Below are positions 40,646-52,473 of a stretch of DNA of 64,000 nucleotides, piece by piece. The stretch is from positions 2,240,001-2,304,000 of the forward strand of contig CBDATQ010000001.1 in NCBI GenBank assembly GCA_965199955.1, read 5' to 3'. The stretch's first letter is position 1. Each line of letters begins with the position of its first letter. The position numbers and the translations under genes were made by a program. A model generated the notes under the pieces. It was given only the letters and a program-made list of their open reading frames with translations, did not search any database and was not told the origin of the DNA. This DNA comes from Spirochaetia bacterium (lineage in GTDB: Bacteria > Spirochaetota > Spirochaetia > SZUA-6 > Bin103).

Positions 40646-40993
40646 ATGGCCAGCCGTTCTGAGACGAGCTACAAGATCGCCATGATCGGCGACGCGTCGA
40701 CCGTGGCAGGCTTCGCGGCCGGCGGCGTGCGGGGCTTCCCGCAGGACCCGGACGATCCTGCGCAGACACTGTCCGTACTGACCGAACTGGCGCGGAGCGG
40801 CGAGTATGCGATCATCTTCATCACCGAGCAGTTGGCCGAGCCGCTGTTCGACGCCATCGAACGGATAGAGACCGGCGCGGTGCCGGCGATCATCATCGTC
40901 CCCGATCAGTCGGGGACCCGCGGCATCGGCTACGAGCGCATCCGCCATGCCGTCGAACGGGCGATCGGCATCGATCTGCTCGGCGCGAGCTGA
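40646..40993 (+). CDS. atpF: V/A-type ATPase subunit F
   Basis: IAMIGD..VAGF, YAIIFITE, VERAIGIDL. Confidence 0.9.
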   Translation: MASRSETSYKIAMIGDASTVAGFAAGGVRGFPQDPDDPAQTLSVLTELARSGEYAIIFITEQLAEPLFDAIERIETGAVPAIIIVPDQSGTRGIGYERIRHAVERAIGIDLLGAS

Positions 40994-41027
40994 CACACAG
41001 CACACCAACGAGAGGGAGAAGCAGGAA

Positions 41028-42817
41028 ATGGCTGGGATCATCACGCGGGTTTCGGGCCCACTGGTGCAGGCGCAAGGCCTGGACAACCCGATCATGTACG
41101 AGGTGGTCAAGGTCGGCGACGCGGGCCTGTTCGGCGAGATCATCGGCATCGAAGGCGACAGCGTGTCGATTCAGGTCTACGAGGAGACCGGAGGCATCGG
41201 CCCGGGCGAGGAAGTGGCCAGCACCGGCACGCAGCTCTCGGTCGAGCTCGGCCCCGGCCTCATCGAGCAGATCTACGACGGCATCCAGCGCCCGCTGGAC
41301 GTGATCGCCGGCGACCACGGCGAGTTCATCGCGCGCGGCATCGAGGCGCCCCCGATCGATCAGGAACGCATCTGGGAATTCAACGCAACCGCCGACAGCG
41401 GCGAGCAGGTGACCGCCGGGCAGCGGCTCGGCTGGGTTCAGGAGACGGAGATCGTCAAGCACTGGATCATGGTGCCTCCCGGCATGTCCGGCACGCTCAG
41501 CGGCCTGCGCTCCGGCTCGTTCACGGTCAAGGACGTGATCGGCACGCTGACCGACGAGCTGGGCACCACCCACGAGCTGCGCCTCGCGCACCGCTGGCCG
41601 GTCCGCATCGGACGGCCATACCGGCGCAAGGTCAACCCCGACACGCCGCTGGTCACCGGACAACGGGTGGTCGACACCTTCTTCCCGCTGGCCAAGGGCG
41701 GCACCGCCTGCGTGCCCGGGCCGTTCGGCTCCGGCAAGACGGTCGTCCAGCACCAGCTCTCCAAGTGGGCGGACGCCGACATCATCGTCTACGTGGGCTG
41801 CGGCGAGCGCGGCAACGAGATGACCGACGTCCTGCTGGAGTTCCCGGAGCTGACCGACCCCAAGTCAGGGCGCCCGCTCATGGAGCGCACCGTGCTGATC
41901 GCCAATACCTCCAACATGCCGGTCGCCGCCCGCGAGGCGTCGGTCTTCACCGGCATCACGCTGGCCGAGTACTTCCGCGACATGGGCTACGACGTGGCCC
42001 TGATGGCCGACTCCACGTCCCGCTGGGCGGAGGCCATGCGCGAGATCTCCGGCCGCCTGGAGGAGATGCCGGGCGAGGAGGGGTACCCGGCCTACCTGTC
42101 GTCGCGGATCGCCGAGTTCTACGAGCGCGCCGGCAAGGTGATCCCGATGGGATCGGAGGAGCTCTGCTCGCTGTCGGTCATCGGCGCCGTGTCGCCGCCG
42201 GGCGGCGACCTATCCGACCCGGTCGTGCAGGGCACCCTGCGCGAGGTACGCGTGTTCTGGTCGCTGGAGGCGCGGCTGGCCTACGCCCGGCACTTTCCGT
42301 CGGTCGACTGGCTGACATCCTATTCGCTGTACTCCGACGCGATGGGCCGCTTCTACGACACGGAAGTGTCGCCCGCGTTCCTATCCGACCGCGCCGAGGC
42401 GCTGCGCCTGTTGCAGGAGGAATCGGACCTGCAGGAGATCGTGCGGCTGGTGGGCATCGACTCCGTGTCCCCACAGGACCGGCTGGTGCTGGAGACGGCG
42501 CGGTCGCTGCGCGAGGACTTCCTGCAGCAGAACGCCTTCCACGACGTGGACACCTACGCGTCGCTGGACAAGCAGCGCCTGATGCTGCGCACCATCCTGA
42601 GCTTTCACGAGCACGGCGTGGAGGCGCTGGACCGTGGCGTCGACGTCAACGCCGTCGCTGAACGTCCGATCCGTGAGAGGATCGGACGCATGAAGTTCGT
42701 CCCGGAGCATGAGCGCGAGTCGCTCGACGAGCTTCAGGAAGAAATCAAGCAGGACATCGCGTCGCTCGGTGCCGGTTCCGCGACCGGGGCAGGGCTGGCG
42801 GCGACCGAGGGGGCCAG

Positions 42818-42821
<4 letters not shown>
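41028..42821 (+). CDS. atpA: V/A-type ATPase subunit A
   Basis: [27 protein letters not shown]. Confidence 0.97.
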
Positions 42822-44218
<1,397 letters not shown>

Positions 44219-44248
44219 TTCGGCAGCGGAGAGCAAGGGGAGCAGCCA

Positions 44249-44866
44249 ATGGCGATCGCGGTCAGTCCGAACAGGATGGAGCTCCTTCGCCTGAAGAAGA
44301 AACAGGTGGTGGCGGAGCGGGGCCACAAGCTGCTCAAGGACAAGCTCGAAGGGCTGCTGCAGGACTTCACCGAGATCGTGCGCCGCTACCAGGTCCTGCG
44401 CCGGGAAGTGGACGCGGAGATCGCCGAGCTGTTCAAGCGCTTCATCATGGCGTCGGCGTCCATGCCGGCTCCGCTCTACCGCGCGGCCCTGGCCTTTCCG
44501 GAGTGCGAGGCGCGCCTCGCCATGCGCGAGCGCATGATCATGAACGTGCACGTGCCGGTTTTCGACTTCTCCATCGAAGGCAACATGATCTCCTACGGCA
44601 TCGACGAGACCACCAGCGACCTCGATGACGCCATGGGCGCCCTGCGCGAGACGCTGCAGCGCATGGTCGAGCTGGCCGAGATCGAGAAGACGATCGAGCT
44701 GGTCGCCGACGAGATCGAGCGCACGCGGCGCCGCGTGAACGCCTTGGAGTACGTGCTGATCCCGCAGCAGGCCGACACCATCAAGTACATCAGCGCCAAG
44801 CTTCAAGAGCTGGAACGCGGCAACATCAGCCGCCTGATGAAGATCAAGGACTTGGTGGCAATGTAA
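44249..44866 (+). CDS. atpD: V/A-type ATPase subunit D
   Basis: PNRMEL, RGHKLLKDK, TRRRVNALE. Confidence 0.95.
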   Translation: MAIAVSPNRMELLRLKKKQVVAERGHKLLKDKLEGLLQDFTEIVRRYQVLRREVDAEIAELFKRFIMASASMPAPLYRAALAFPECEARLAMRERMIMNVHVPVFDFSIEGNMISYGIDETTSDLDDAMGALRETLQRMVELAEIEKTIELVADEIERTRRRVNALEYVLIPQQADTIKYISAKLQELERGNISRLMKIKDLVAM

Positions 44867-44913
44867 TCCGACGGGAAGTAATCCGACGGGAACTGCCCAG
44901 AGCAGTTCCCGTC
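44863..44913. terminator. 12-bp hairpin between convergent atpD and ddl, with a 15-bp tandem duplication over the atpD stop
   Basis: gtaatccgacgggaa twice (44863-44892); gacgggaactgc-ccaga-gcagttcccgtc. Confidence 0.65.
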
Positions 44914-44928
44914 CTCCGGCCCTCCCGG

Positions 44929-46038
44929 TCAGTCGCAACGAAGCCCGCGCTCCGTCTCGTACCGCTCGATCCCAAGCTCCAACAACCGCTCGATCAACTC
45001 GCCATACGGAAGCCCCGACGCCTCCCACAATTTCGGATACATGCTGATACGCGTGAACCCTGGAATCGTATTCAACTCGTTCACCAGTAGCGAACCATCT
45101 TCTTGTAGAAAAAAGTCGACACGCGCCATACCGTCGCAGCAGAGGGCTCGGTACGCTGCGAGCGCCATCTCCCGGACCCGCTCGCTCACCGACGGCTCAA
45201 GGTCGGCGGGGATCACGAGCTCGGCCCCGTCCTCGTCCCGGTACTTCGCCTCGTAGCTGTAGAACTCGTGGTGCGGGATCACCTCGCCCGCGACCGAGGC
45301 GATCGGATCGTCGTTGCCCAGCACCGCGCACTCGATCTCGCGCCCGGCGATCGCGCGCTCGATGACGATCTTGGTGTCATAGGCGAACGCGTCCTCGACC
45401 GCCGCGGCAAACGCCGCCGGATCCGCCACCTTGCGGATGCCGACCGAAGATCCCAGATTGGCCGGCTTCACGAACACCGGCGAGCCCAGGGAGCCTGCGA
45501 TCGCATCCCAAGAGAGTCGTGGACCGCTCGCGTACGCGACCCGGAAATCCGCCACCGGGATGTCCGCGCCGGCCAGCAACCGCTTCATCACGTCCTTGTC
45601 CATGCCGACCGCGGCCGCCAGCACGCCGGGTCCGGCGAACGGGATCCCCGCGGTCTTCAACAACCCCTGCACCGACCCGTCCTCGCCGTAGGGCCCGTGC
45701 AGCACCGGGAACACCACGTCCAGCGTCTGCAGCGCCGCGGGAGCGGAAATGCTCGGGCGCGCCGGGACGGGAACAGGCTGATCGCCTAACCCGAGGGGGA
45801 GCTCGTCTCCCCCGGTCGGGACCGCTCCGCGCTCGTCCGCGAGCAGGGTCCGGGCCAGGAACGCGTCCGGGTCCTCGCGCCGCCACGAGCCGTGTCGGTC
45901 GATGCGCAGCACCACCACTTCGTGCGCCGAACGGTCGACCGCGTTCAGGACATTGAACGCGGACTGGCGTGAAACGTCGTGTTCTGCGGAGCGGCCGCCG
46001 TAGATGATGCCGATGCGGATAGCGGATTCCTACACCAC
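44929..46038 (-). CDS. ddl: D-alanine--D-alanine ligase (in-frame TAG at codon 3)
   Basis: GGRSAEHDVS, LHGPYGEDG, KPANLGSSVG, YSYEAKY, NELNTIPG. Confidence 0.9.
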
Positions 46039-46052
46039 AAAGCCGCCTCGCG

Positions 46053-47006
46053 TCACGCGGTGACCTTCTCGACCAGCTCGGAGACCGTGCGGAAGTTGGC
46101 GCGCAGCGCCTCCTCGCAGGCGTCCGGATCCTTGGGATCGCGGCCGGCCGGCAGGTAGTGGCTGGCGACCGACAGGAAGGCCGGGCAACCGTGCTCGTGC
46201 AGGTTGCGCAGCACGGTCTCGTAGTCGGTATGGCCCTGGCCGATCGGGCAGTAGGTGAAGTCGAGCTCCGGACCGCAATTGACGCGCAGGTCCTTCATGT
46301 GCAGGCCGTGTACGTAGGGACGGACGTTGCGAAAGCCGACGGTGGCGGTGTCCGACTCGCCGCAGTTGACGTTGTCGGCGGGTCCCCACATCACCCTGAT
46401 GCGCGGTGAAGCCAGCCGCTCGGCGACGCGCCGGAAGTTGCCGGTGGTGTTGGTGTAATTCCACGGCATCTGCATCAGCACCAGGTTGACGTCGTGGCGC
46501 TCGGCCGCCTCCAGCATCAACGTGAACGCCTTCTCCAGCTTGTCCATGTCGGCGCTGCCGATGATGCCGCCGCGCGTAGCCCAGCGCATCGGCCACGTGG
46601 GCGACACGCGGCCCTGCGCGGTGTACTCGCCCGGCCAGGCCAGGGTGAAGGTGCACACGTCGCGAAAGCCGAGCCGGGCGCCGATCTGCATGCCCCGCTC
46701 CAACCGCGCGAAGTGATCCTTGAACTGTGGATGTTCGGCCATCGTGTCGATCTCGAGGTCGGCCAAGTGCACCTCCTTGAAGACGTTGCCGCCAAACAGC
46801 AGGGGCCGCACGCCGTGCGCCTCCAGGCGCTTGCCGAGACGGTCGGCCTGCGCGTCGGTGAGCTCGCCGACCGGTCCTTCGGCCCCCAGCGAGTGAACCA
46901 GGATGTGCTCCGCGCCGATCGCCCGCACCCGTTCCAGGGCACGGTCGAAGTCCGGAATCGGCAGCTCGCCGATGAAGATGCCTAACGTGAATGCGTGGGT
47001 ACCCAT
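46053..47006 (-). CDS. Sugar phosphate isomerase/epimerase (xylose isomerase-like TIM barrel)
   Basis: HGLHMKD, PIGQGHTDY..VLRNL pattern. Confidence 0.7.
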   Translation of the reverse strand: MGTHAFTLGIFIGELPIPDFDRALERVRAIGAEHILVHSLGAEGPVGELTDAQADRLGKRLEAHGVRPLLFGGNVFKEVHLADLEIDTMAEHPQFKDHFARLERGMQIGARLGFRDVCTFTLAWPGEYTAQGRVSPTWPMRWATRGGIIGSADMDKLEKAFTLMLEAAERHDVNLVLMQMPWNYTNTTGNFRRVAERLASPRIRVMWGPADNVNCGESDTATVGFRNVRPYVHGLHMKDLRVNCGPELDFTYCPIGQGHTDYETVLRNLHEHGCPAFLSVASHYLPAGRDPKDPDACEEALRANFRTVSELVEKVTA

Positions 47007-47093
47007 GCGACGCATGGAACATCGGTTGGTCGGCGTTCCGCAACCTCCCGTTGCGTCCTGACGCGCTCCCGGCGATCTGCGATGCTCGGCCGC

Positions 47094-47406
47094 ATGAGAT
47101 ACGCGTGGACGTGGCGGATCAAGCCGGACCGGATCGACGAGTACGTGCGCATGCACTCCGAACCGTGGCCGGAGATCATGAGCGAGCACTCCGCGGCCGG
47201 CATCAGCGACTACTCCATCTACCGCGACGGCAACCGGTTCTTCTACACCTTCGAGTGCGACGACGTGGAGGCGGCGTTCCGCTACCTTGCCGAGTCCGAG
47301 GCGTGCCAACGCTGGAACGCGCTCACCAGCGATGGTGGAGGGATCGTTCGACTTCGAGGAGGCCAAGCCGATCCGGTTTCTGGAGGAGGTGTTTCGCCTG
47401 GAGTAG
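47094..47406 (+). CDS. L-rhamnose mutarotase with a frameshift (~47330)
   Basis: DEYVRMH..WPE..GISDYSIY..QRW; C-terminal LEEVFRLE in another frame. Confidence 0.8.
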
Positions 47407-47424
47407 CGCCGCCGCGCCTGCGCG

Positions 47425-48798
47425 TCAGTCGTTCTCCGCAGGCATGCCGAGCTCCCAGCGCAGCGCGCCGTCCAGGGCCGGCTCCAGCCATCTGAAGCCC
47501 AGCTCCGTGAGCCGTGCAGGCACCACGTCCTGTCCGCGCAGGATGAGCTGCTCGCCCATCTCCCCGAACAACGCGCGGATGGCGATGCCTGGCACCGGCG
47601 CGAACGCCGGGCGGCGCAGCACGCCTGCCAGCGTACGCGTGAATTTCCGGTTGGCGGCCGCGCGCGGCGCCACCGCGTTGAAGGCACCCCGTGCCTGCCC
47701 GTTGCTCACCAGGAAGTGCAGGACGCCGACCGCGTCATCCAGCCCGATCCAACTGATCGGCTGCCGGCCGCTGCCGACCACGCCGCCCGCGCCGGCCCGG
47801 AACACCGGCAACAGCCGCTGCAGCATCCCGGCCCTGGGGCTGAGCACCGGACCAAGGCGGGCGTGCGCGACGCGGATGCCCGCCGCCCGCGCCGGATCGG
47901 CTGCCCGCTCCCAGGCGGCCGTCACCTCGGCCAGGAAGCCGTCGCCGGCCGACGCGGACTCGTCGACCGTGCCGTCCACGTCGCCGTAGTAGCCGACGGC
48001 CGAGGCCGACACCAGCACCGCCGGTGGCCGTTCGAGCCCTGCGAGCGCCTTGCAGAGCAGCCCGGTCGAATCGACGCGGCTCGAGCGAATGCTCCTTCTC
48101 CGCGCGGCGGTCCAGCGCCCGGCGCCGATGCTTTCGCCCGTGAGGTGGATCACCGCGTCGAAGCCTTCCAGCGCCCCCGCATCGATCCGGCCGGCCGCCG
48201 GGTCCCAGGCGATCTCGCCAGGCACCGCCGGCGGACGCCGCACCAGCCGAACCACCTCATGGCCGCCGGTCTGCAGAAACGGCGTAAGCGCGCCGCCGAT
48301 CAACCCGGACGCGCCCGTGATCAGCACGCGCAGCGGCTCTGCCGGCCCGGCTGCGTGGCGGTCCAGGTCGCGGCGGAGCCGTTCGTGGCGGAATCGGAAG
48401 ATGCGCTCCAGCCTCTCCCCCCGCCACGCGCGACCCGGAAGTGCCGAGAGTCCGCCCGGCTCGTACTCGATCCGGTCGGTCAGCTCACAGACCGACTCCC
48501 CGGTGGCGCGGAACAGGTGGCGGTGATGCCACGAGCGCCCGGGACCAGCGAGCTGCCGATCCTCGAACGCCACGCCGGGCCGGTAGCCCTCGTGCTGCAG
48601 CGTCCAGCGCGCGCTGAACGGTCCGATGCGCACCCGCAAGGTGACGCGGTCGCCGTCCCGGATCGTCCCCGTGCGCTCGAGCGTCTCGACCCGCTCGCCC
48701 GGCGGCAGCATGCGATCCAGCGCGCCCGGGCGCTCGTGCCAGGCGAAGGCGCGCGCGGCCGAGTGGGGGAGCGCCGTCGACCGCTCGTAGGTCTCCAT
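47425..48798 (-). CDS. SRPBCC + TIGR01777-type NAD-dependent epimerase
   Basis: FAWHERPGAL, GPGRSWHHRH, ITGASGLIG, SASAVGYYG. Confidence 0.88.
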   Translation of the reverse strand: METYERSTALPHSAARAFAWHERPGALDRMLPPGERVETLERTGTIRDGDRVTLRVRIGPFSARWTLQHEGYRPGVAFEDRQLAGPGRSWHHRHLFRATGESVCELTDRIEYEPGGLSALPGRAWRGERLERIFRFRHERLRRDLDRHAAGPAEPLRVLITGASGLIGGALTPFLQTGGHEVVRLVRRPPAVPGEIAWDPAAGRIDAGALEGFDAVIHLTGESIGAGRWTAARRRSIRSSRVDSTGLLCKALAGLERPPAVLVSASAVGYYGDVDGTVDESASAGDGFLAEVTAAWERAADPARAAGIRVAHARLGPVLSPRAGMLQRLLPVFRAGAGGVVGSGRQPISWIGLDDAVGVLHFLVSNGQARGAFNAVAPRAAANRKFTRTLAGVLRRPAFAPVPGIAIRALFGEMGEQLILRGQDVVPARLTELGFRWLEPALDGALRWELGMPAEND

Positions 48799-48859
48799 GG
48801 GAACAGGCTACCGTCACCGAGCCGGGCGGACCACCGCGCGGCGAACACCGACCGGCCGT

Positions 48860-48888
48860 TTGATCTTTTGGGCCCGGTTGCCCATATT
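48860..48888 (+). promoter_or_regulatory. Sigma70-type promoter for tRNA-Glu
   Basis: TTGATC-17bp-CATATT, 16 bp upstream of the tRNA. Confidence 0.55.
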
Positions 48889-48904
48889 TCCATCCAGAGA
48901 CTGC

Positions 48905-48976
48905 GGCCCCTTCGTCTATCGGCTAGGACGCGAGACTCTCATTCTCGAAAGAGGGGTTCGATTCCCCTAGGGGCTA
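48905..48976 (+). tRNA. tRNA-Glu (CTC), CCA not encoded
   Basis: Acceptor GGCCCCT/AGGGGCT, anticodon arm CGAGA-CTCTCAT-TCTCG, T-arm GGTTCGATTCC. Confidence 0.95.
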
Positions 48977-48984
48977 TGCCGAGA

Positions 48985-49031
48985 ACGGCCGCAACTCTAT
49001 AGGCAGAAATACTTATAGGAGTTGCGGCCGT
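48985..49031. repeat. Long inverted repeat directly after tRNA-Glu
   Basis: acggccgcaactc-tata..tataggagttgcggccgt. Confidence 0.75.
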
Positions 49032-49159
49032 GCCGGTTATCGCGCTTGTTACCACGTCTCGCGCTAATACAGACCAAGGGCCGGCCCATGGATGCGTTCG
49101 TAAGGATCGACAGCTCCGCGCGGATGAAGCGGAGCCGGGCGGGCGCCCGGAGCCTTCGA

Positions 49160-49608
49160 TCATGCCGCGTCCGTCGGTGATAGCCCGACTACCGTCCCCG
49201 GCGCCGGGGTGATGGCGCGTTCCTCGCCGTCGCGTTGCTCGACGCTCTGCGTCTCCCACAGCTCGATCGGGATCTCGTTCGACTTCGCCCCGGCCGCGCT
49301 CTGCAGCTCGGCCAAGCAGCAGGCGATCACCCCGGCAGACAACGGGTCGATCCTGCCGCGCTGCCGTCCCTTCTCCAGTGCCGGATCAGGCCGACTACCT
49401 CGCCCACGATCTGAACCGGCCGGGCGAGCCGTCGCGCGAGATCTGCACGGTGTGGCTGGTGCACTGTCGCGGGCAGGGTGCGAGCGCGACCGCGGCCGGG
49501 TCCGCCGACGTGCGCGCCTTCCAGCGGGCCGTCGCGGATCAGACCATCGCCGTGGTGCAGGGCCGGGCACTGATGGCGCATGCGATCAGTGAGAGCTCGA
49601 TCGGCGGC
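49160..49608. pseudogene. Scrambled phage terminase large subunit and possible capsid fragments
   Basis: Plus strand RGQGASATAAGSADVRAFQRAV..LMAHAISES; minus strand PALEKGRQRGRIDPLSAGVIAC and IPIELWE..RAITPAPGTV; recognised from memory only. Confidence 0.45.
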
Positions 49609-50768
49609 GAGCTACCATCAAGAGGTGTGTAAACGAAAAAGGCGGCGCCCTGTAGAATCCTGAAATCACCACAAAGTCAGGAGGACACCGCCGTGGAAGA
49701 GATTGGTCACGAAGGAGAGCACCCAGTCAAGCGCGTGCTGGCAGGCCATGGAGGAGATGGCCCGGCGCCACGTTCAGCAGTGGCTGCAGGGATTGCTTGA
49801 GGACGAGGTGACGCAGAGTTTCTTGGCCGAGCCCGCTACCGTCGCCGAGATGAAGGGGAACGCGGCTACTGCAACGGCTACGGCAAGCCGCGGCAGCTGA
49901 CCACACGGGCCGGCACGGTGACGGTGCGTCGGCCGCGGGTGCGCGGGCTGGAGCAGCGGTTCGAGAGCGCGCTGCTGCCGCTGTGTGCGCGGCGCACGCC
50001 TGAGGTCACCGACGTGCTGCCGCAGTTGTACCTGCACGGGCTGGCGCTGGGCGATTTCGAGCTGGCCCTGCGGGGGCTGTTCGGCGAGCACGGTGGCGCG
50101 GGTGAAGGACCGCTGGCACGCCGAGGCGGCCGCGTGGCACGAACGCAGCCTGGCGGATCTGGAGTTGGTGTACCTGTGGGTCGACGGCCTGTACGTGAAA
50201 GCGGGGCTGGAGAAGGACAAGGCGGCGCTGCGGGAGGTGTGTATCCGGACGCCGAGGAGCAACGGTGCTGGAATCACCGGATCGTCAACGTGCTGGACCA
50301 GGTGCCGAAGCGCTCCCAGGAGGAAGCGAAGGGGAAGCTGAAGAAGATCGCCTACGCCGAGACGCTCAAGGAGGCTGAGCAACGTCGAGGATCGTTCCAG
50401 AGCTGGGCGCGTGGCCAGGGGCTGCAGCGAGCCGCCGAGTTGATCGCGCAGGACTGGGAGCGGATGGTGAGCTACTACGGGTATCCACGAGCTCACTGGC
50501 GGCACCTGCGGACGACCAATGTGATCGAGTCGCCGTTCGCGGCGCTGAGGTTACGGACCGATGCGGCGAAGCGATTCAAGAAGGTAGCCAACGCCACCGC
50601 CGTGATCTGGAAGATGCTGTTGGTGGCCGAGACGAAGTTCCGGAAGCTGAACGCGCCGGAGCTACTTCAAGATGTGTGGGTGGGAGCCGAGTACCGAGAC
50701 GGAATTCGAATCGAAGATCAGGAGCGGGACGCTGCCTGACTCGTTTACACACCTATTGACAGGACCTC
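49609..50768 (+). mobile_element. IS256-family element with a decayed transposase
   Basis: ~42-bp imperfect terminal IRs sharing tcaa.aggtgtgtaaacga; motifs YLWVDGLY, QRCWNH, LRTTNVIES; frameshifts and deletions. Confidence 0.88.
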
Positions 50769-51290
50769 ACGCTCGAACAGGTCCGAACGCTGATAGGCGC
50801 CCTCCACGCCCGCGACAACATGAGCAAGCGCCGCCTCGGCCGCTTCCCGGTCAACGCCGCTGTCCGCGCACCACAAACGGAACGCCGAGCGCATGCCGTG
50901 CTGGTGGCGTCAATACCCAGCTCGCCCAGGAGCTTGGAAGTCGTCATGTTGGACAGCGCCTTGCCGGTCATCGACGGGGGAACACCAGCGCCTCCGGGTC
51001 GCCGCCCGACAGCGCGCGCTTGATCGAGCACCGTCATCGCTTGCCGGGAGAGCGGGACACGATGCAGGAGCCCCGACTTCATGCGCTCCGGTAGCACCGA
51101 CCAGACGCAGCCGGAAAAGGTCGACCTCATCCCATCGAGCAAGCCGCGCCTCGCCGGATCGCACGGCCGTCAGAGTGATGAACTCCAAGCGATGGCCCAT
51201 TTCATCACAACGCCGATCCGCTGCCGCAACCGCCGTGCCGTCTCTCTTGGTGGACCTATAGGCTGCGGTACGCACTTCGTGCGCACATGG
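50769..51290 (-). pseudogene. P4-like tyrosine integrase remnant
   Basis: RETARRLRQRIGVVMKWAI, LTAVRSGEARLARWDEVD, ERMKSG..HRVPLSRQA, EAALAH..GAYQRSDLFER across frames. Confidence 0.82.
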
Positions 51291-51297
51291 TGCCACC

Positions 51298-51954
51298 TCA
51301 CTCGAAGAGGCCGGTCACGATCTCCACCAGGGACTCGAACACGTTCCCGGCCGCCTCGGCCACCCCCTCCAGGAACGCGGGAGCCGCTTCGGCCGCGGCG
51401 TCCGCGACCTGTGCCGCGCCCACCGCTCCGACGAACGCCACGTCCGGGCCCGTCCAGAGCAGGGCTTCGGCGACCACGTCGAATCCTTCCCGCCCGTCCC
51501 TTCGAGCCACAACGCGGCCGCGCTCCATCCGCCAGATCGCTTCGAGCTCGTGGTGGTCGAACCACACTCCCTTGCACTTCGTACAGATGTCGAGCGTGAC
51601 GCCGGCGCGCGGCACCTGCAGCATGGGTCGCTCGCAGGCCGGGCACGCCAGTTGGGTGTTCGCGCCGCACGCTCCGCAGGCGGAGCTGTCGCGATCCAGG
51701 AAGGCTCGACACAAGTGGCACTGCGCCCGGTGCTTCCGGTCACGGACCGGGACGCGGGCCCGCAGCGCCTCGGGGCGTTGGCGGCGGAGGCGCTGGACCT
51801 CGCCCAGCTCGAACCACATGCCGCCGCAGCGGTTGCAGTGATCGAGGATGAGGGGCTGGCCGTCAGGCGTTCCGTGCGCGGCGGATCCGTCCATCCGCAC
51901 CTTGTCCATCTTGACCCCGAGACAGACCGGGCAGGGCCAGCGGGGCTCGCTCAT
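51298..51954 (-). CDS. Multi zinc-ribbon protein (two zf-TFIIB-like ribbons plus a central ribbon)
   Basis: CPVC..CNRCGGMWFELGE, CHLC..CGAC, CPAC..CTKCKGVWFDHHE. Confidence 0.8.
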   Translation of the reverse strand: MSEPRWPCPVCLGVKMDKVRMDGSAAHGTPDGQPLILDHCNRCGGMWFELGEVQRLRRQRPEALRARVPVRDRKHRAQCHLCRAFLDRDSSACGACGANTQLACPACERPMLQVPRAGVTLDICTKCKGVWFDHHELEAIWRMERGRVVARRDGREGFDVVAEALLWTGPDVAFVGAVGAAQVADAAAEAAPAFLEGVAEAAGNVFESLVEIVTGLFE

Positions 51955-52400
51955 GGGTCCAGCAGCCTCCTCGCCTGATCCTTCTCGGACGTGTGCGCAA
52001 CGTCGTGGAACACGTACACCAGCACGCCCGAGTCGGTGATCCGGAGATCCGCCACCTTTCTCAGCGCGAGCGCATGCAGCGCCTCTTCCGCCGCCGCCGG
52101 GGACACCGCCAGCTCGCCGGCCACCTCCACGGCGGTGAGCCGTCCGGCGTGCCGTCCCGCCAGGCGCAGCACCTCCGCCTCCAGCGTCTCACGCCGTAGC
52201 GCCTCACGCCGCTCGCCGCGGACCCGCCCGGCGCCGAAATGCCCGGCGATCAGCCAGGCTCCGACCGCCACGGGCAGGCCCGCCCCGATCAGCAGCGCCA
52301 CGACCGTGGCCGTCCCTCCTTGCACGTCGGCCTGCGTGAATCCGAGCAGCACGAACAGCCCCACCGCGATCAGACAACAGCCGCCGATCAGCCTACCCAT
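51951..52400 (-). CDS. Two-TM membrane protein with a wHTH-like C-terminus
   Basis: Two hydrophobic segments, GRLTAVEVAGELAVS..SGVLVYVF; 4-bp overlap with the next gene. Confidence 0.7.
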   Translation of the reverse strand: MGRLIGGCCLIAVGLFVLLGFTQADVQGGTATVVALLIGAGLPVAVGAWLIAGHFGAGRVRGERREALRRETLEAEVLRLAGRHAGRLTAVEVAGELAVSPAAAEEALHALALRKVADLRITDSGVLVYVFHDVAHTSEKDQARRLLDP

Positions 52401-52473
52401 GTTTCAAACCCTTCCGAGCGTCGCGGGCAGGGTACACCGCACCGCGGGATCCCACGCCGCGCCGACGGTGGCA

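Noticed and set aside
51260..51300. attR duplicate of the tRNA-Glu 3' end
   Set aside because: No copy of ttcgattcccctaggggcta found near the integrase remnant.
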